Source: Octopus vulgaris
Taxonomy: Eukaryota
Reading direction: 5' to 3'
Length of the DNA stretch: 64,000 bases
Assembly (NCBI GenBank): GCA_951406725.2
Contig: OX597830.1
Coordinates: 63,674,001-63,738,000 of the forward strand
The notes under the pieces are model-generated. The model saw only the letters and a list, made by a program, of their open reading frames with translations. It made no database searches and had not been told where the DNA came from. Shown in pieces: positions 42,738 through 55,165 of the stretch; within the stretch, counting starts at the first letter, position 1, and each line of letters opens with the position of its first letter. The translations under genes and the position numbers were made by a program.

Positions 42738-42745
<8 letters not shown>
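42308..42745 (-). mobile_element. CR1-group LINE 3' end
   Basis: ORF end WTIYRQLCPNDLNISF..GPALFNIVPKDIK..FKRSLDRFLQRIPDKP; same family as 58162-59112; short tandem tail (tctaagttta). Confidence 0.8.
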
Positions 42746-42783
<38 letters not shown>

Positions 42784-42876
42784 AAGAAAATTGGGAAACT
42801 TAGCAACATTTAGCTACCTTGTAATTATTCCCAGGGTTTGTCCTTTAAATTGTAAACTCTCTCTGTCTCTCTCTCT

Positions 42877-42920
<44 letters not shown>

Positions 42921-42922
<2 letters not shown>

Positions 42923-43128
42923 ATGTTGATTCGCTAGCTTCTGCACGCATTTTTTTTTCTCCTTGTTTCTCTCCGTGTTTCTTTTCTGTGTATCTTTCTG
43001 TTGAAGAGCGTAGGCTCGAAACGTAAAAGACTTGTTTTATTTATATTCCTGAGCGCCATACTAATACAATTGTTTGTTTGTATTCCACCTGCATTCGTCT
43101 TTTGTTTATTTTCATAAAGCTTCCCGTT
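42921..43128 (+). mobile_element. PLE-terminus-like repeat (gaagagcgtaggctcgaaacg family)
   Basis: Multi-copy in this window; bounded by (TA)n on both sides. Confidence 0.65.
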
Positions 43129-43145
43129 ATATATATATATATTAT

Positions 43146-43349
43146 TTTATTTTATAGAAGGAGCTTCTACAGGACTAGAACTGTTTTATTCAAAAGAAAT
43201 CATCAGGAAGCTAGGTGACAAGAGTAGTTTTGGCATTTATACATTTAGGCAGGTTTAAATGCCAAAACTACTCTTGTCACCTAGCTTCCTGATGATTTCT
43301 TTTGAATGAAACAGTTCTAGTCCTGTAGAAGCTCCTTCTATAAAATAAA
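43146..43349. repeat. Palindrome with 94-bp arms (inverted PLE-like terminus)
   Basis: 43146-43239 versus 43256-43349; one mismatch seen; 16-nt spacer. Confidence 0.93.
43283..43333 (+). ncRNA. Type I hammerhead ribozyme
   Basis: agcttc-CTGATGA-tttc tttt gaat-GAAA-cag ttctagtc ctg-TA-gaagct; 6-bp helix I, 3-bp helix III stem, GUA site. Confidence 0.8.
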
Positions 43350-43437
43350 TTAATTTACTCTGCTATGTATTGAGTACCTTATTTACTGTGGTTAACCCCG
43401 ACTCAACCCGGGACCTACATATATATATATATATAAC

Positions 43438-43703
43438 CCGGGCTGCGTGTTGTGTTCTTGAGCAAGGCACTTTATTTCACGTTGCTCCAGTTCACTCAGC
43501 TGTAGAAATGAGTTGCGACGTCACTGGTGCCAAGCTGTATCGACCTTTGTCTTTCCCTTGGATAACACTGGTGGCGTGGAGAGGGGAGGCTGGTATGCAT
43601 GGGCGACTGCTGGTCTTCCATAAACAACCTTGCCCGGACTTGTGTCTAGGAGGGTAACTTTCTAGGTGCAATCCCATGGTCATTCATGACCGAAGGGGGT
43701 CTT
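43438..43703 (+). mobile_element. SINE family D-related, headless
   Basis: gtgttcttgagcaaggcactttatttcacgttgctccagttcactcagctgtagaaatgag. Confidence 0.65.
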
Positions 43704-43720
43704 TATATATATATATATGT

Positions 43721-43750
<30 letters not shown>

Positions 43751-43757
<7 letters not shown>

Positions 43758-44007
43758 TTGTTTACTGTCAACTTAACGTGACAGTTCCGTAAGGGAATTA
43801 CCTCACCGCTATTTAGCCCTTGGAAGCATCGACGCTTCCTGTCGGCCTTGACACATTTCCTGTGTCCTTATATATTGATGGATGGATGGATGGATATATA
43901 AATGTGTCAAGGCCGACAGGAAGCATCGATGCTTCATAGGGCTAAATAGCGGTGGTGTAATTCCCTTACGGGACTGTCACGTTAAGTTGACAGTATACAA
44001 CCACTCT
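43751..44007. repeat. Foldback with arms of about 108 bp
   Basis: 43751-43858 versus 43900-44007, a few mismatches. Confidence 0.9.
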
Positions 44008-44058
44008 ATCGCCCCACCACCGCACATATCTCTATGAGATATTTAGAAATTTAATATT

Positions 44059-44111
<53 letters not shown>

Positions 44112-44140
44112 ACTATATATATATATTCATACACGCACTC

Positions 44141-44214
<74 letters not shown>

Positions 44215-44478
44215 CTTTTATTTGACTGCAGCCATTCTCAAACAGATTAAAAGAAACTCGAATTAGTACTTTGGTCCTATGGTAGAACGTTTGTCATGTT
44301 TAAGGATGATATGGGTTCGTGTCCGACAGCCAGCCTTGACCCTTTCTATCAAAAGGTTTTTTTTTTAAACCTAATATTTACACGCTATTATTTATAACTT
44401 TATCTGCTACGAGATTCGCCGTTCCAAAAAGAAAAATATTTCACGTGCTTTTCGACGTCCTAATTTTCTGACATCAAG

Positions 44479-44562
<84 letters not shown>

Positions 44563-44735
44563 CATATTATTTATGCAATGCATTACTATTTTATTCCAGT
44601 CGATATATCAATTGGTTTCATAAATGAGAGTTTGGCAAAAACTAATCTCAACACTCATCAGAGGGAATGGTAGGAAACTAGGAGGTTGTTAGAAAACTCT
44701 GTGTGTGTGTGTACATTTATATATATATATAACAT

Positions 44736-45106
44736 GTGGAGGCGCAATGGCCCAGTGGTTAGGGCAGCGGACTCGCGATCGTGGGATCGCGGTTTCGATT
44801 CCCAGGCCGGGCATTGCAAATGTTTATTGAGCGAAAACACCCAGGCTCCGGCAGGGGGTGGTGGCGAACTCTGCTGTATTCTTTCACCACAACTTTCTCT
44901 CAACTATTTCTAGCTGTTTCTCTTGTACCTGTATTTCAAAAGGCCAGCTTTGTCACACTCTGTGTAACGCTGAATCTCCACGAGAACTACGTTAAGCGTA
45001 CACGTGTCTGTGGAGTGCTCAGCTACTTACACGCTAATTTCACGAGCAGGCTGTTTCGTTGATCAGATCAACTGGAACCTCCGTTGTCGTAACCGACGGA
45101 GTGCCA
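44736..45106 (+). mobile_element. SINE family B, older diverged copy
   Basis: Same head and body with several indels. Confidence 0.85.
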
Positions 45107-45123
45107 GGACGATATATATATAT

Positions 45124-45299
45124 ATTTCGTCTGCTGTTGCGTTCTGAGTTCAAATTCCGCCGAGGTCGACTTTGCCTTTCATCCTTTCGGGGTCGTTAAA
45201 TTAAGTACCAGTTACGCACTGGGGTCGATGTAATCGACTTAATCCGTGTGTCTGTCCTTGTTTGTCCCCTCTATGTTTAGCCCCTTGTGGGTAGTAAAG

Positions 45300-45303
<4 letters not shown>
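45124..45303 (+). mobile_element. SINE family C body
   Basis: gttctgagttcaaattccgccgaggtcgactttgcctttcatcc..agccccttgtgggtagtaaagaaata. Confidence 0.85.
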
Positions 45304-45349
<46 letters not shown>

Positions 45350-45354
45350 GTATA

Positions 45355-45512
45355 GGCGCAGGAGTGGCTGTGTGGTAAGTAGCTTGCTTACCAACCACAT
45401 CGTTCCGGTTTCAGTCCCACTGCGTGGCACCTTGGGCAAGTATCTTCTACTATTGCCTCGGGCTGACCAAAGTGAGTGGATTTGGTAGATGGAAACTGAA
45501 AGAAGCCCGTCG

Positions 45513-45559
<47 letters not shown>

Positions 45560-45980
45560 GTGTGTGCGCGTGTGTGTGTATGTGTATGTATATGTTTGTG
45601 TGTCTGTGTTTGTCCCTCATCTTGACTTTGCTGTCAAGTTAACAAAAGTTGGCATTCAAAATGGGGAAAATGTGGGTAGAGGGTGACGTGCAAGCAACCC
45701 TCTCCTTAATGTTTTACAAAGTAAACAACAACACAAATAACGACGCAGAGGCAGCCATGGTTGAAACAAGAACAAGAACGATAAGCGTTCTTAAAAGTGA
45801 AAAGAAGCATGGTCATTCCTTTACCCAACCGATGCTGGTGTGTTTACGTCACATAGCGGTTCGGCAAGAGAGACCGATAGAATAAGTACCAGGCTTACAA
45901 AGAATAAGTCCTGTAGTCGATTTGTTCGACTAAAGGCAGTGCTCTAGCATGGCCGCAGTGAAACGACTGAAACAAATAAA

Positions 45981-45983
<3 letters not shown>
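45355..45983 (+). mobile_element. SINE family A carrying a 213-bp foreign insert (45616-45828)
   Basis: Head and tail intact; insert matches 47314-47527. Confidence 0.85.
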
Positions 45984-46015
<32 letters not shown>

Positions 46016-46445
46016 CATGTTTATAACATATTAAATATTTTTGAAACGTAATAAAACTGTTGTAAAATATTACTATTGTGTAGAGAAAGAGGAATATAAT
46101 AGAAAATGTTATGAATATGAAGAAAGACAACTTGAATTTATATTTCGGCCTTAACGACCTCTTAATTATTCTTGAACAATTCGCAAGATTTAGAATGAGG
46201 AAGAAACGGTAAAAATTAAAAACAAGCAAAAATACGCAAAATCAACTAAAACCAAATATTTTCGAAAAGCAATAATTAAGGTTTAAAAAGAAATTGCACA
46301 GCGTAATTAGAAAAGTGAAATTCAATGTTTGAAATTATATTTCATAATATTTATAGCATAAATTTGTTTAAGATAAATTTAGTTTATGTTAAGAACAGTA
46401 ATATCAGGTTGTAACATCAAATATATTTTCGCATCTACTGATGTA

Positions 46446-46833
46446 GATGGAAGCACTCCGTCGGTTACGACGACGAGGGTTCTGGTTGAATCGAATCAAC
46501 GGAACAGCCTGCTCGTGAAATTAACGTGTAAGTGGCTGAGCACTCCACAGACACGTGTACCCTTAACGTAGTTCTTGGGGATATTCAGCGTGACACAGAG
46601 AGTGACAAGGCCGGCCCTTTGAAATACAGGTACAACAGAAACAGGAAGTAAGAGTGAGAGAAAGTTGTGGTGAAAGAGTACAGCAGAGCTCACCACCATC
46701 CCCTGCCGGAGCCTCGTGGAGCTTTTAGGTGTTTTCGCTCAATAAACACTCACAACGCCCGGTCTGGGAATCGAAACCGCGATCCTACGACCGCGAGTCC
46801 GCTACCCTAACCACTGGGCCATTGCGCCTCCAC
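46446..46833 (-). mobile_element. SINE family B, full length
   Basis: 12-bp TSD tctactgatgta at 46434-46445 and 46835-46846. Confidence 0.92.
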
Positions 46834-47071
46834 TTCTACTGATGTAAGGAAAACACATATGAGAGTTTAAATTCGTCGTCTCACTCGTGGTCGTTTGGTT
46901 AAGAAGTTCGCTTCGTAATCTCGTGATTTCGTGTTCAATCCCACTCCCCTGCACCTTGGACAAGTGTCTTCTACAATATCTCAGACCGACCAAGCCCTCG
47001 TGAGTAAATTCATCAGTCGCGTGTAAATATTTATACGCAGTTATTTATAGCCTTTTCTACTTCGAGTTGAT

Positions 47072-47245
47072 GGAGGCGTGTGGGTTAATGGTTCGGGTGT
47101 TGGACTCCTGATCATAAGATTGTGGTTTCGATTCCCTGACCGGACGACGCGTTGTGTTCTTGAGCAAAACACTTTATTTGAGGCTGCCCCCGTTCACTCA
47201 GCTGGTAAAAATGAGTTTAACTTGCGACGGACCGGCGTCCCGACC
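47072..47245 (+). mobile_element. SINE family D
   Basis: tRNA-like head (ggtttcgattcc) plus gttcttgagcaaaacac..gttcactcagctggtaaaaatgag. Confidence 0.7.
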
Positions 47246-47640
47246 GCAAAAGTTTGTTCCAACAAGAGTTCCGGACCCTAGTAATGAACTCATTTGCATA
47301 CAGCCAATCGGAGCTCATCTTGACCTTGCTGTCAAGTTAACAAAAGTTGGCATTCAAAATGGGGAAAATGTGGGTAGAGGGTGATGTGCTGGCAACCCTC
47401 ACCCCTTACTGTTCTACAGAGTAAACAACAACACAAATAACTACGCAGAGGCAGCCATGGTTGAAACAAGAACAAGAACAACAAACATTCTTCAAAGTGA
47501 AAAGAAGCATGGTCATTCCTTACCCAAGTGACCTTATCTTATCGCCCATCACTTGCTATGCGCTCATAAATTACTCTGATTAGCTGTATGCAAATGAGTT
47601 CATAACTGGGGTCCGGAACTCTCGTGGGAAAAAATTCGCG
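47245..47640. mobile_element. MITE-like element with inverted termini of about 65 bp
   Basis: gagttccggaccctagtaatgaactcatttgcatacagccaatcggag versus ctctgattagctgtatgcaaatgagttcataactggggtccggaactc. Confidence 0.75.
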
Positions 47641-48444
47641 CCCCTGCCAGGCAGGGGCTGTGGTAGAAGACATTTGTTGAAGGTGTAGTGCGGTGGGACT
47701 GAACATGAAACCACAAGATTGCGAAGCAAACTTCTTTACCAAGAGACCACGAGTGAAACAGCGAATTTAAACTCTCGACTTTTATACCCTTGTGTATAAA
47801 ATATTTAAAACTGCTCGTGGGACACTTCAGTAAACATGAGAAACGTCCTGCCGTTGAACCAAAGCATTCCTTCGAATTTGTCCAGTTTAGAACGACTGCC
47901 ATGCTTACATATGTGGGTTCAAAACTCCCCGTCTTCTTTCCAAAGGGGCTTTTTGACCAAGTATTTACACGCTTTATTTATAGCTTTATCTACTTCGAGT
48001 TACACAGTTCCAAAAACTAAAAAAAAATTATTTATCCTCTCTTGAAGTTTCAAAACTTATCTGACGTCAGCAACATACTATCCTCGCTGGTAGAAATAAA
48101 GTGTTTAAATTGGATTAAAAAAAACAAAAACCTCGAAAGTTTATTTTAGTCCAATGACAGAGCGTCAGCTATGTTGACAGCAGGTGTGGGTTCGAGTCCT
48201 TTCAGTAGCCTTCGACTTTTTCTACACGCTTTTATTTATAGTTTCATCTGTTTCAAGTTACACTGTCAAGAAATGAATTATTACTGTCGTAATTTAACCA
48301 AAACGAACAAAATGTCGCTAAGCATTTTGTCCGGCGTGTTAACGTTTCTGCCAGCTAGCTGCCTTACTACTACTACTACTACTACTACTACTATATTTAT
48401 ATATAAATACGCACACAGACATAAGCACTCACACACGTACACAG

Positions 48445-48517
<73 letters not shown>

Positions 48518-49035
48518 AAATTAAATTGTCTTCATAAAACAAGAAACACCGTATTGAAGTTTCAATGCTTGCCAACACTAACACCCGACATATTGAACGC
48601 CTCCTCTTCGTCGAACAACGAAACTTCCCTACTTATCTCTAACTGAATACCCGCTTCATCTTCTTTCACCCGTCCTCCACACCTACGTTTCTCTATTCTC
48701 CATACGCCCCTATTACAACTTAACGCTCTGCTCCATTTTATTTCATCACAACCAAAATGGAGTTACAAGCAGGGAAATGAAAGGCGATATATCAATACAG
48801 GATGGTGTCTCTCCCAGGTTGCAGGGAAAAGTTATTGAGTTGATAGGAAATAAAACCGCCATGTTTAGTAAAGAGATTTTTTGCAAACTTCCGATGGCAT
48901 AACAATATACACAATACACATAATGGTTTTTCGATAATTCATAGTTGAATGATGATATCAACATTTTTGAAAGCATATAATATATATACGTATAATTCAT
49001 AGATACATAAATATGCACACAGAGGTACAGACACT

Positions 49036-49075
<40 letters not shown>

Positions 49076-49087
49076 TATATATAAATA

Positions 49088-49131
<44 letters not shown>

Positions 49132-49601
49132 TGTGTACGCATATAATGTGTACTTTGTTAGCTGTCACGACATTGGCCAGACTAATATACCACCCTATTT
49201 GTATATGTGTATATGTGTGCGTGCGCGTGCATCTATGTATGTATGTATATATATATATATATCCCCACATACATAAGCACGCGTATACATATACATACTT
49301 CATATATGTATGTATGTCGTATGTACGTATGCATATTCTGGGTAGTCCCAGTTGAAACATGAAGGTGACGTTCTATTGAATTATCGCTACATTGTCAGGT
49401 ACATCATTTTTTTTGTTCTTTTAAAAATAAACGATGACAGCGTTGACGACGAAGATGACAATGATGATGATGATGACGAAGACGACGACGATGACGATGA
49501 CTTATTTGCTACAAGTGCGTCCACTGAGGGAGACATTGTGACTTCACAATTTACATACAGCGATGGATGGGGAGAAGTAAAATTCAGGTAAAATGTACAA
49601 A

Positions 49602-49995
49602 TCTTTATATATAAAAGTGAGGTTGTGTGCTGTCTGTCTCCTACGATTTAGATTCCTAACTACTCCCACATTTTGCGGTGCAGTTTAACCAAAACCGGGT
49701 ATCCTATAGTCGTGATTCATATCGAGCCCTTCTGGGTATTAGCGCGCGTCTACGATGAATCTACGATTAAAAAAAAAATTACCATCAATTTTTCCCATTT
49801 TTAATGCATTTTTGGCATATATAAGGGAAGTAACTCTCTAAAAATTTATTATTAAATCTCAGAACGTAAAAAGCTACAGTAACACCCCCCTTTGTGGTTA
49901 GCCATATTGAGATGGCTATTATACTTTACATCTCTAAAAATGCTTATATAGTTATTTCCCTTACAAACCCGAGCAACGCCGGGCGATACTGCTAG
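49602..49995 (+). mobile_element. Non-autonomous Helitron
   Basis: A|TC start, subterminal GC hairpin cccgagcaacgccggg, CTAG|T end, no TSD. Confidence 0.9.
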
Positions 49996-50199
49996 TAGCA
50001 TATAAAATGTGATCATATTGATGGTGATACAGTCTTCTTGATGCAGGAAAGCCTCCAACCAGAGCCAATCAACGAACATACATATATCCAGGGTTATCCT
50101 GGCTACCAAGGGCTCCAACCTACAGCCACATGCTTAGAGTAATTTCATTCACCCTAATCATTTCCGCTTGAGTAACCCATCTTTCAGCTAATTCGTTGG

Positions 50200-50870
50200 A
50201 GAAAAGCACTTCCCTATCCACCTTCATTTTTTTATCAAATGGAACTTGAAAATCTCAATGAAGATTGTGTTTGACCTTAATTTCTTCAGTTTCGTCTTGC
50301 ACACAATCTCTCTCGCTACAGTCGTTAAACAGAAGGTCATCAGAGGCTTTGCCTTGTTAAGGTGTGTGTGTGTGGGGGGGCGATGGACTTTTGCTGATCC
50401 GTCTTACAAGCGACAACAGCTGTTCAACATAACTCCACAAGTCAGTCATGCTCAGACACTGCACGAAAGCGAAACCGTGCAACATGGTTTCGTTGCTCCA
50501 CGCATTTCAAACAATCCTGCGTAGCGTCACTTCTGTGTATGCAGAATTTATCTTGAACTGGTAGTGCTCCTCTGTAGGATGCCAGGCTAAGGGTATTTGG
50601 AAGTTTTCTACTGTAGGCTTCGGGCTTCGTTTTGAAGGTCCTCCGAAACAGGCCAACCATTTCGTCTTCGTTCACACATAGAGTTTCCTCTAGAACATCC
50701 TCGCTCTTATTTATCAACTCTCTCGTATATGTATTGCTAAAGTGGAATCTCAGGTGGACCACATTGGCCGGCTGTCTGAGGGCGTGAGTGCCTGAAGTCA
50801 TTCATTATGAAGTGCCCAATCTTGGTCCTTTCAGAATCCAGAAGTGCAACTTAGAGATGAGCTGCGCGAA
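50200..50870 (-). pseudogene. Decayed L1/Tx1-like ORF2 C-terminal remnant
   Basis: SLASYRGALPVQDKFCIH..DCLKC..ETMLH resembles the C-terminal zinc-binding region of L1/Tx1 ORF2. Confidence 0.5.
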
Positions 50871-50924
50871 AATGTATTTCCAAACGGAGAGCACACCTAT
50901 TCACTTATCAGGAAAAAAACTGCA

Positions 50925-51073
50925 GACGTAGGAGTGGCTGTGTGGTAAGTAGCTTGCTTACGAACCGCATGGTTCCGGGTTCAGTCCCACTGCGTGGCAC
51001 CTTGGGCAAGTATCTTCTACTATAGCCTCAGGCTGACCAAAGACTTGTGAGTGGATTTGGTAGATGGAAACTG
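50925..51073 (+). mobile_element. SINE family A, 5' half
   Basis: Head through ggatttggtagatggaaactg. Confidence 0.85.
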
Positions 51074-51074
51074 C

Positions 51075-51380
51075 AATGCCAGTGATATGTCTATTCGCTG
51101 CTTGGAAATGCAAGCCAGAGTTAAGAGTAAGAATCCATCTGGAATCTTCCTTCCATATAATGCTCACGCCTTGAATTTTGTAGGAAATACCTTTATCTCT
51201 TCTTGTTGAACTATTAGTGACTTTGGTTTCAACACAAAATAGGAATCTAATGACAACTTTGAGCGGAGGAAAGTGGTGCCACCAGTGAGAACTCTGTCAA
51301 CATCAACAAGAGATGATGTTGCGCTAGCCCTTGCAGATGACATTATAGACATATCTGCATTAAACATGACCTCAGATATA
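51075..51380 (+). pseudogene. hAT (ZMYM1/Tip100-like) transposase remnant
   Basis: NASDMSIRCLEMQARVKSKNPSGIFLPYNAHALNFVG fits DNA.NMSG...QARI...NP.A.F.PC.AH.LNL. Confidence 0.6.
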
Positions 51381-51385
51381 CTGGA

Positions 51386-51722
51386 TTATTATTATTATTA
51401 TTTACTTTTAATCTGCCGAGACACACCCACCGTCCTGGGGCGAGTGAAGGATAAGAGATGTTACAGCTTCACTGAAAGTTTGGGGAGGAGAAGTGGCGGG
51501 GCAGTAGCGAAATATCTTCACGTAATACAAATACATTTAAATGGACAGGGTTTTTCTAAGGATGTGGGTAGTACTTGTCAGCATAATCTTTTGGATTTCT
51601 CTGAGACATGGTTCACCTGGGATCTTATCTAGATGTTTCTGACATCCCTTTTTAAACATACTTAGGGCACCTACAATAACAGGAACAGTTTTCGCTTTAA
51701 GATACCACATCTTTTCTTTGTA
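51386..51722 (-). mobile_element. R4/Dong-type non-LTR element 3' end
   Basis: EKMWYLKAKTVPVIVGALSMFKKG..LDKIPGEPCLREIQKIML..HILRKTLSI*, then a 3' UTR ending in (TAA)n. Confidence 0.78.
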
Positions 51723-51885
51723 CAAATGTTATAATCCATCGTCGGACTGTTATTACGTCCACTCCGGTATAGCAGTATAATTAGACAAGTTAGACACGAC
51801 TATCTATAACCGACTTCTCCGACTTCTCGACATCGCAGTATTTGTAAAGACTAGCACATACCACTCGTCACGTGGGAAGGGTGTT

Positions 51886-51967
<82 letters not shown>

Positions 51968-52386
51968 CCCCATAACAACTAACAGAGGGCGATTTCGCAT
52001 TATATTTCAAATAATGACAGTAGGTTTGTACTTATTCTAGCATGTGTGTGAAAAAGTTTGCATTACAACCTCAGACATCTCACACTTACTTGCCACCGAA
52101 GCACAAGACCCTAACTTTCTTATAAATTTCAATTTCTGGCTTATGGATAAATTCACATGCTTCTTCATTGAGACCTCAATGTAAAATATATGACTGAATG
52201 ATTCCTAATCACTGAAATTTCAGTGAAACTCAATTATTGGGATTGTTGCCACAGGGCTCAATGTGTTACCTTTTAGAATCATAAAGACTGGTATAAGTGA
52301 TACTAAATAATGAGATTTAGGCTAAGTCGGTCTGACTTAATTTTAGATTCTGAGTTTTTATTTAGATTTTAAAAAAATTACGGTGA

Positions 52387-52659
52387 CTTGGGAAAGTCAT
52401 GATGCCAATAATAATAGCACACGCACTGCTTCAAAATCACTTCTTTGTTGTAAGTCAAATGGTTAAATATCTGACCGACTAACTAATCACCCGTTTGTTT
52501 AATGCATTGGTTAAACAAACAATCGTTTGTTTATTTAACCAATACATTAAATAAACGATCGACCAGTTAGTTGGTGAGATATTTAAGGAATTGACAAACA
52601 ATAAAGAAGTGATATTGAATCTATGCGTGTGTTATTATTGGCGTAATGGCCGTTCCAAG
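52387..52659. repeat. Old imperfect palindrome (MITE-like)
   Basis: Arms pair around about 52524 (aatgcattggttaaacaaacaa / ttgtttatttaaccaatacatt; atcacttcttt / aaagaagtgat). Confidence 0.75.
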
Positions 52660-53023
52660 ACGCAAGATTTGTTTCAGCACAGGAATTTCCATCAAGAATT
52701 TTGCAAGCCAAATACAAAAACGAAATTACGGCAAGCTTTGCGAAAATTATTATTTAAAAAAAATGAATTTTAATTTATAAATTTTTCACGAACTTATCCA
52801 TTTAACTTTTCACTACGGAGACTTAGTGTTTATTAAAAGGGAATGTGAAAACATATAAGAAAGGATAATTCATGTATAAGTAGAATTCTGAATATAGATA
52901 AAAAGAATCAGGAAGAGAAGAAGTACAAGAATTGGAATAGCAGGCTGTTTGGGTAGTTGGTTGGTGTGGAAGAATGAAGAGAGAGGTAAGTAGGAAGAGA
53001 GAGAGAGAGTGAGAGAGAGAGAG

Positions 53024-53078
<55 letters not shown>

Positions 53079-53347
53079 ATATATATATTGGTGATAGTAT
53101 AAAAGTAGGATTACACTAGTGAAATGTCGCTTGCCTTTGGTTCATATTTTTGTCACTTTGCCCCAATTATATAAGAGGTCACCAAGCACATTATAATGAG
53201 TAAAAAACAAAACAAAACAAAGCAAAAACACTGCACTATGAAGCGCTCGGCCGGTTTCAGAATAACTGCCGCAACATTTTATATTAAGGAACTGGAAAAC
53301 TAGTTTTCCTAATACAATGCAACATATTAGCTATATAAGAAAATCAG

Positions 53348-53390
<43 letters not shown>

Positions 53391-53519
53391 AGTAGATAAA
53401 TGAATTATCTTATTACGGATAATTCGAAAGATAACCGATACCTGGGTAGCAGACTTCGAAACATATGTCGAAAATAAAATAAAGGAATTTTGTTAAATCT
53501 TCGCTCAGCTCCATTCTTT

Positions 53520-53582
<63 letters not shown>

Positions 53583-53634
53583 GTGTGTGTGTGTATACGT
53601 ATATATATATGTATATATGTATGTATGTCTCTTC

Positions 53635-54327
53635 TATTTTTTAATTATTATAAATCTTCCATTGAGGAGGGAGCCGGTTTCCAACATAGATACAAGGATT
53701 CATCTTCGGAATGTAGTTAACACAGACGAATTCACATTTGGAACTTGAAAAAGTCTTGCACATTTTTACTGTTCCACTCACAGATTGCACTTGTAATGTA
53801 CAAATCAGCCGGTCAGTTTCTCTTTCCGAAAATTCCAGTTTATCCAGATTCTCCTATAAGCATTTACTAACAAAACCTAGTGCTCCAATTATTTATGGCA
53901 TGAATATGAATTCATAGTCTGGATATAGAAGCTGGAATTTTTGAAGCAATTATCCATAGATATTCTCTTTTTCTTTGACTCTCAAAGAGATATTTATAAC
54001 TGCAGGGCAGCTGACCCCTCTGATTGTACATACCTTTTCCTCTGTCTCAAACAACAATATCCGGCCTGTTGTGTTTACATTTCACGGAAGTTTTGATGGG
54101 AATATTCCACCAGTATTCCTTCAGTTGGTATTTATGAATATTTGCCATAACAGAGGGATTTTCTAAGTTTATTTCAGGGCAGTCTTTTTTGCGGATGGCA
54201 TTGTAAAATGCTTCAGCAACAACATCGTGTCGCATAGGGACGTAGTACCGTGACGACATTTTTGGACAGCTGCTAATCACATGTGGAATGTCTTCCACAG
54301 AAACATGACTTAGCCGAAACATGAGAG
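53635..54327 (-). pseudogene. RLE-type (R4/Dong-like) non-LTR element C-terminus
   Basis: Decayed zinc knuckle (FRLSHVSVEDIPHVISSC), YVPMRHDVVA, YWWNIPIKT..HNRPDIVV and IIGALG; several stops. Confidence 0.82.
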
Positions 54328-55155
54328 AGTATGTATGTATGTATGTATGTATGTATGTATGTATGTATGTATGTATGTATGTATGTATGTATGTATGTAT
54401 GTATGTATATATGTATGTATGCATGTATGTATGTATGTATGTATGTATGTATGTATGCATGTATGTATATATGTATGTATGCATGTATGTATGTATGTAT
54501 GTATGTATGCATGCATGCATGCATGTATGTATGTATGTATGCATGTATGTATGTATGCATGTATGTATGTATGTATGTATGCATGCATGTATGTATGTAT
54601 GTATGTATGTATGTATGTATGCATGCATGCATGCATGTATGTATGTATGTATGCATGCATGTATGTATGCATGCATGCATGTATGTATGCATGCATGCAT
54701 GTATGTATGTATGCATGCATGCATGTATGTATGTATGTATGTATGTATGTATATATGTATGTATGTGTGTATGTATTTATGTATGTATGTATGTGTGTAT
54801 GTATGTATGTATGTATGTATGTATGTATGTGTGTATGTATGTATGTATGCATGTGTGTATGTATGTATGTATGCATGTATGCATGTATGTATGTATGTAT
54901 GTATGTATGTATGCATGTATGTATGTACGTATGTATGTACGCATGTATGTATGTATGTATGTATGTATGTATGTATGTATGTATGCATGTATGCATGTAT
55001 GCATGTATGCATGTATGTATGTATGTATGTATGCATGTATGCATGTATGCATGTATGTATGTATGTATGTATGTATGTATGTATGCATGTATGTATGTAC
55101 GTATGTATTTATGCATGTACGTACGTATGTATGTATGTATGTATGTATGTATGTA
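54328..55155. repeat. (TATG)/(CATG)n array of about 830 bp
   Basis: Directly visible. Confidence 0.95.
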
Positions 55156-55165
55156 TACATATATG

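Noticed and set aside
49352-49591. Acidic protein exon
   Set aside because: The Asp run is a GAT/GAC microsatellite; no good acceptor and no recognisable domain
54047-55036. 329-aa chimeric protein
   Set aside because: A (CATA)n array read into a stop-containing retroelement remnant
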